Source: Nitrososphaerota archaeon
GTDB lineage: Archaea > Thermoproteota > Nitrososphaeria_A > Caldarchaeales > Calditenuaceae
Direction: 5' to 3'
DNA: 64,000 nucleotides
Assembly (NCBI GenBank): GCA_033581555.1
Contig: JAVQSZ010000005.1
Location: 41,199 to 105,198 of the forward strand
Every line of letters begins with the position of its first letter. Position 1 is the stretch's first letter. Shown piece by piece: positions 63,668 to 64,000 of the stretch. Under the pieces are notes generated by a model. It was given only the letters and a program-made list of their open reading frames with translations, was not told the origin of the DNA and did no database searches. The position numbers and the translations under genes were made by a program.

Positions 63668-64000
63668 GGATCTACCGGAAGGCCGGCGACAGGGTGGAGC
63701 TCATCGCCCTCGGGAGGGACCTGAGGCTCGAGAAGGGCGACTACGTCCTCGCGTCGGACGGAAGCAGCACGCTGGTCCTGCAGGTGATAGACGTTGAGTA
63801 CGCCGAGCTCCCCGGCGCCCTCGAGGAGACCCTCAGGGACCTAACGACCGACTCGCTCGTCCAGCTCGTCAGGCACGACCCTATGAACGTCGAGTCTCAC
63901 GTGAGGGCCGTCAGGGACTCGAGGCTTGTGGTCACGAAGCTCAGGAAGGTGATCGGAGGACCCTCGATCTCGCTGCCCTCGAGGCACGCGACCCGTGTGA
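63664..64000 (+). CDS. herA: HerA helicase, N-terminal HAS-barrel region (partial, runs off window)
   Basis: Open from ATG 63664 to window end; small beta-barrel pattern RVELIALGRDLRLEKGDYVLASDGSSTLVLQVIDVE; position after nurA. Confidence 0.5.
   Translation, partial: MRIYRKAGDRVELIALGRDLRLEKGDYVLASDGSSTLVLQVIDVEYAELPGALEETLRDLTTDSLVQLVRHDPMNVESHVRAVRDSRLVVTKLRKVIGGPSISLPSRHATRV

Overview
This is a high-GC (roughly 60-65%) archaeal chromosomal window that is densely coded on both strands. Gene content points to a hyperthermophilic crenarchaeon (Thermoproteota, Thermoproteales-like): a crenactin homolog, FttA/aCPSF1, Topo VI subunit A, NurA-HerA, a crenarchaeal-type 16S rRNA, an intron-containing tRNA-Tyr, and a thioredoxin/VKOR disulfide pair. 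Recognisable content in order is listed here. A SagB-like dehydrogenase and a membrane protein. A solitary 16S rRNA gene on the minus strand, with no 23S in cis. A RecA-like ATPase. A complete Opp/Dpp-type peptide ABC operon (SBP-B-C-D-F). tRNA-Tyr (with intron) and tRNA-His. amt-glnK. A TlpA-like thioredoxin plus VKOR. An ABC ATPase with a giant surface protein. A long FKBP. A-ATPase subunit C. An orphan Mo-hydroxylase large subunit. NUDIX and CsaA. A short-coiled-coil SMC-like ATPase translationally coupled to a kleisin-like protein, followed by an exonuclease-dead family-B DNA polymerase. A Zn-ADH. An ECF transporter (S-A1A2-T). A crenactin locus: Zn-ribbon, crenactin, DUF354-like GT-B protein, PHP/Zn-ribbon phosphoesterase. 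FttA. A class-III aminotransferase. Top6A without Top6B. A metallophosphoesterase plus SWIM protein. GtrA-like and endonuclease IV. ilvB-like and leuA/cimA. argG. A purine-catabolism-like module (amidohydrolase plus xanthine-dehydrogenase-family L/M/S subunits). A membrane gene interrupted at a G15 homopolymer. A divergent pncA-like/NAPRTase pair. Two convergent paralogous wHTH genes. nurA and the 5' end of herA. No CRISPR array, transposase or integrase was recognised. Many long antisense ORFs in the six-frame track are GC-driven artefacts. The most interesting candidate is the SMC-like/kleisin/small-ORF/inactivated-PolB gene string (24.3-29.4 kb), possibly a dispersed arcadin-like partner set of the nearby crenactin locus. 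All calls are from manual reading of motifs; no database searches were run.
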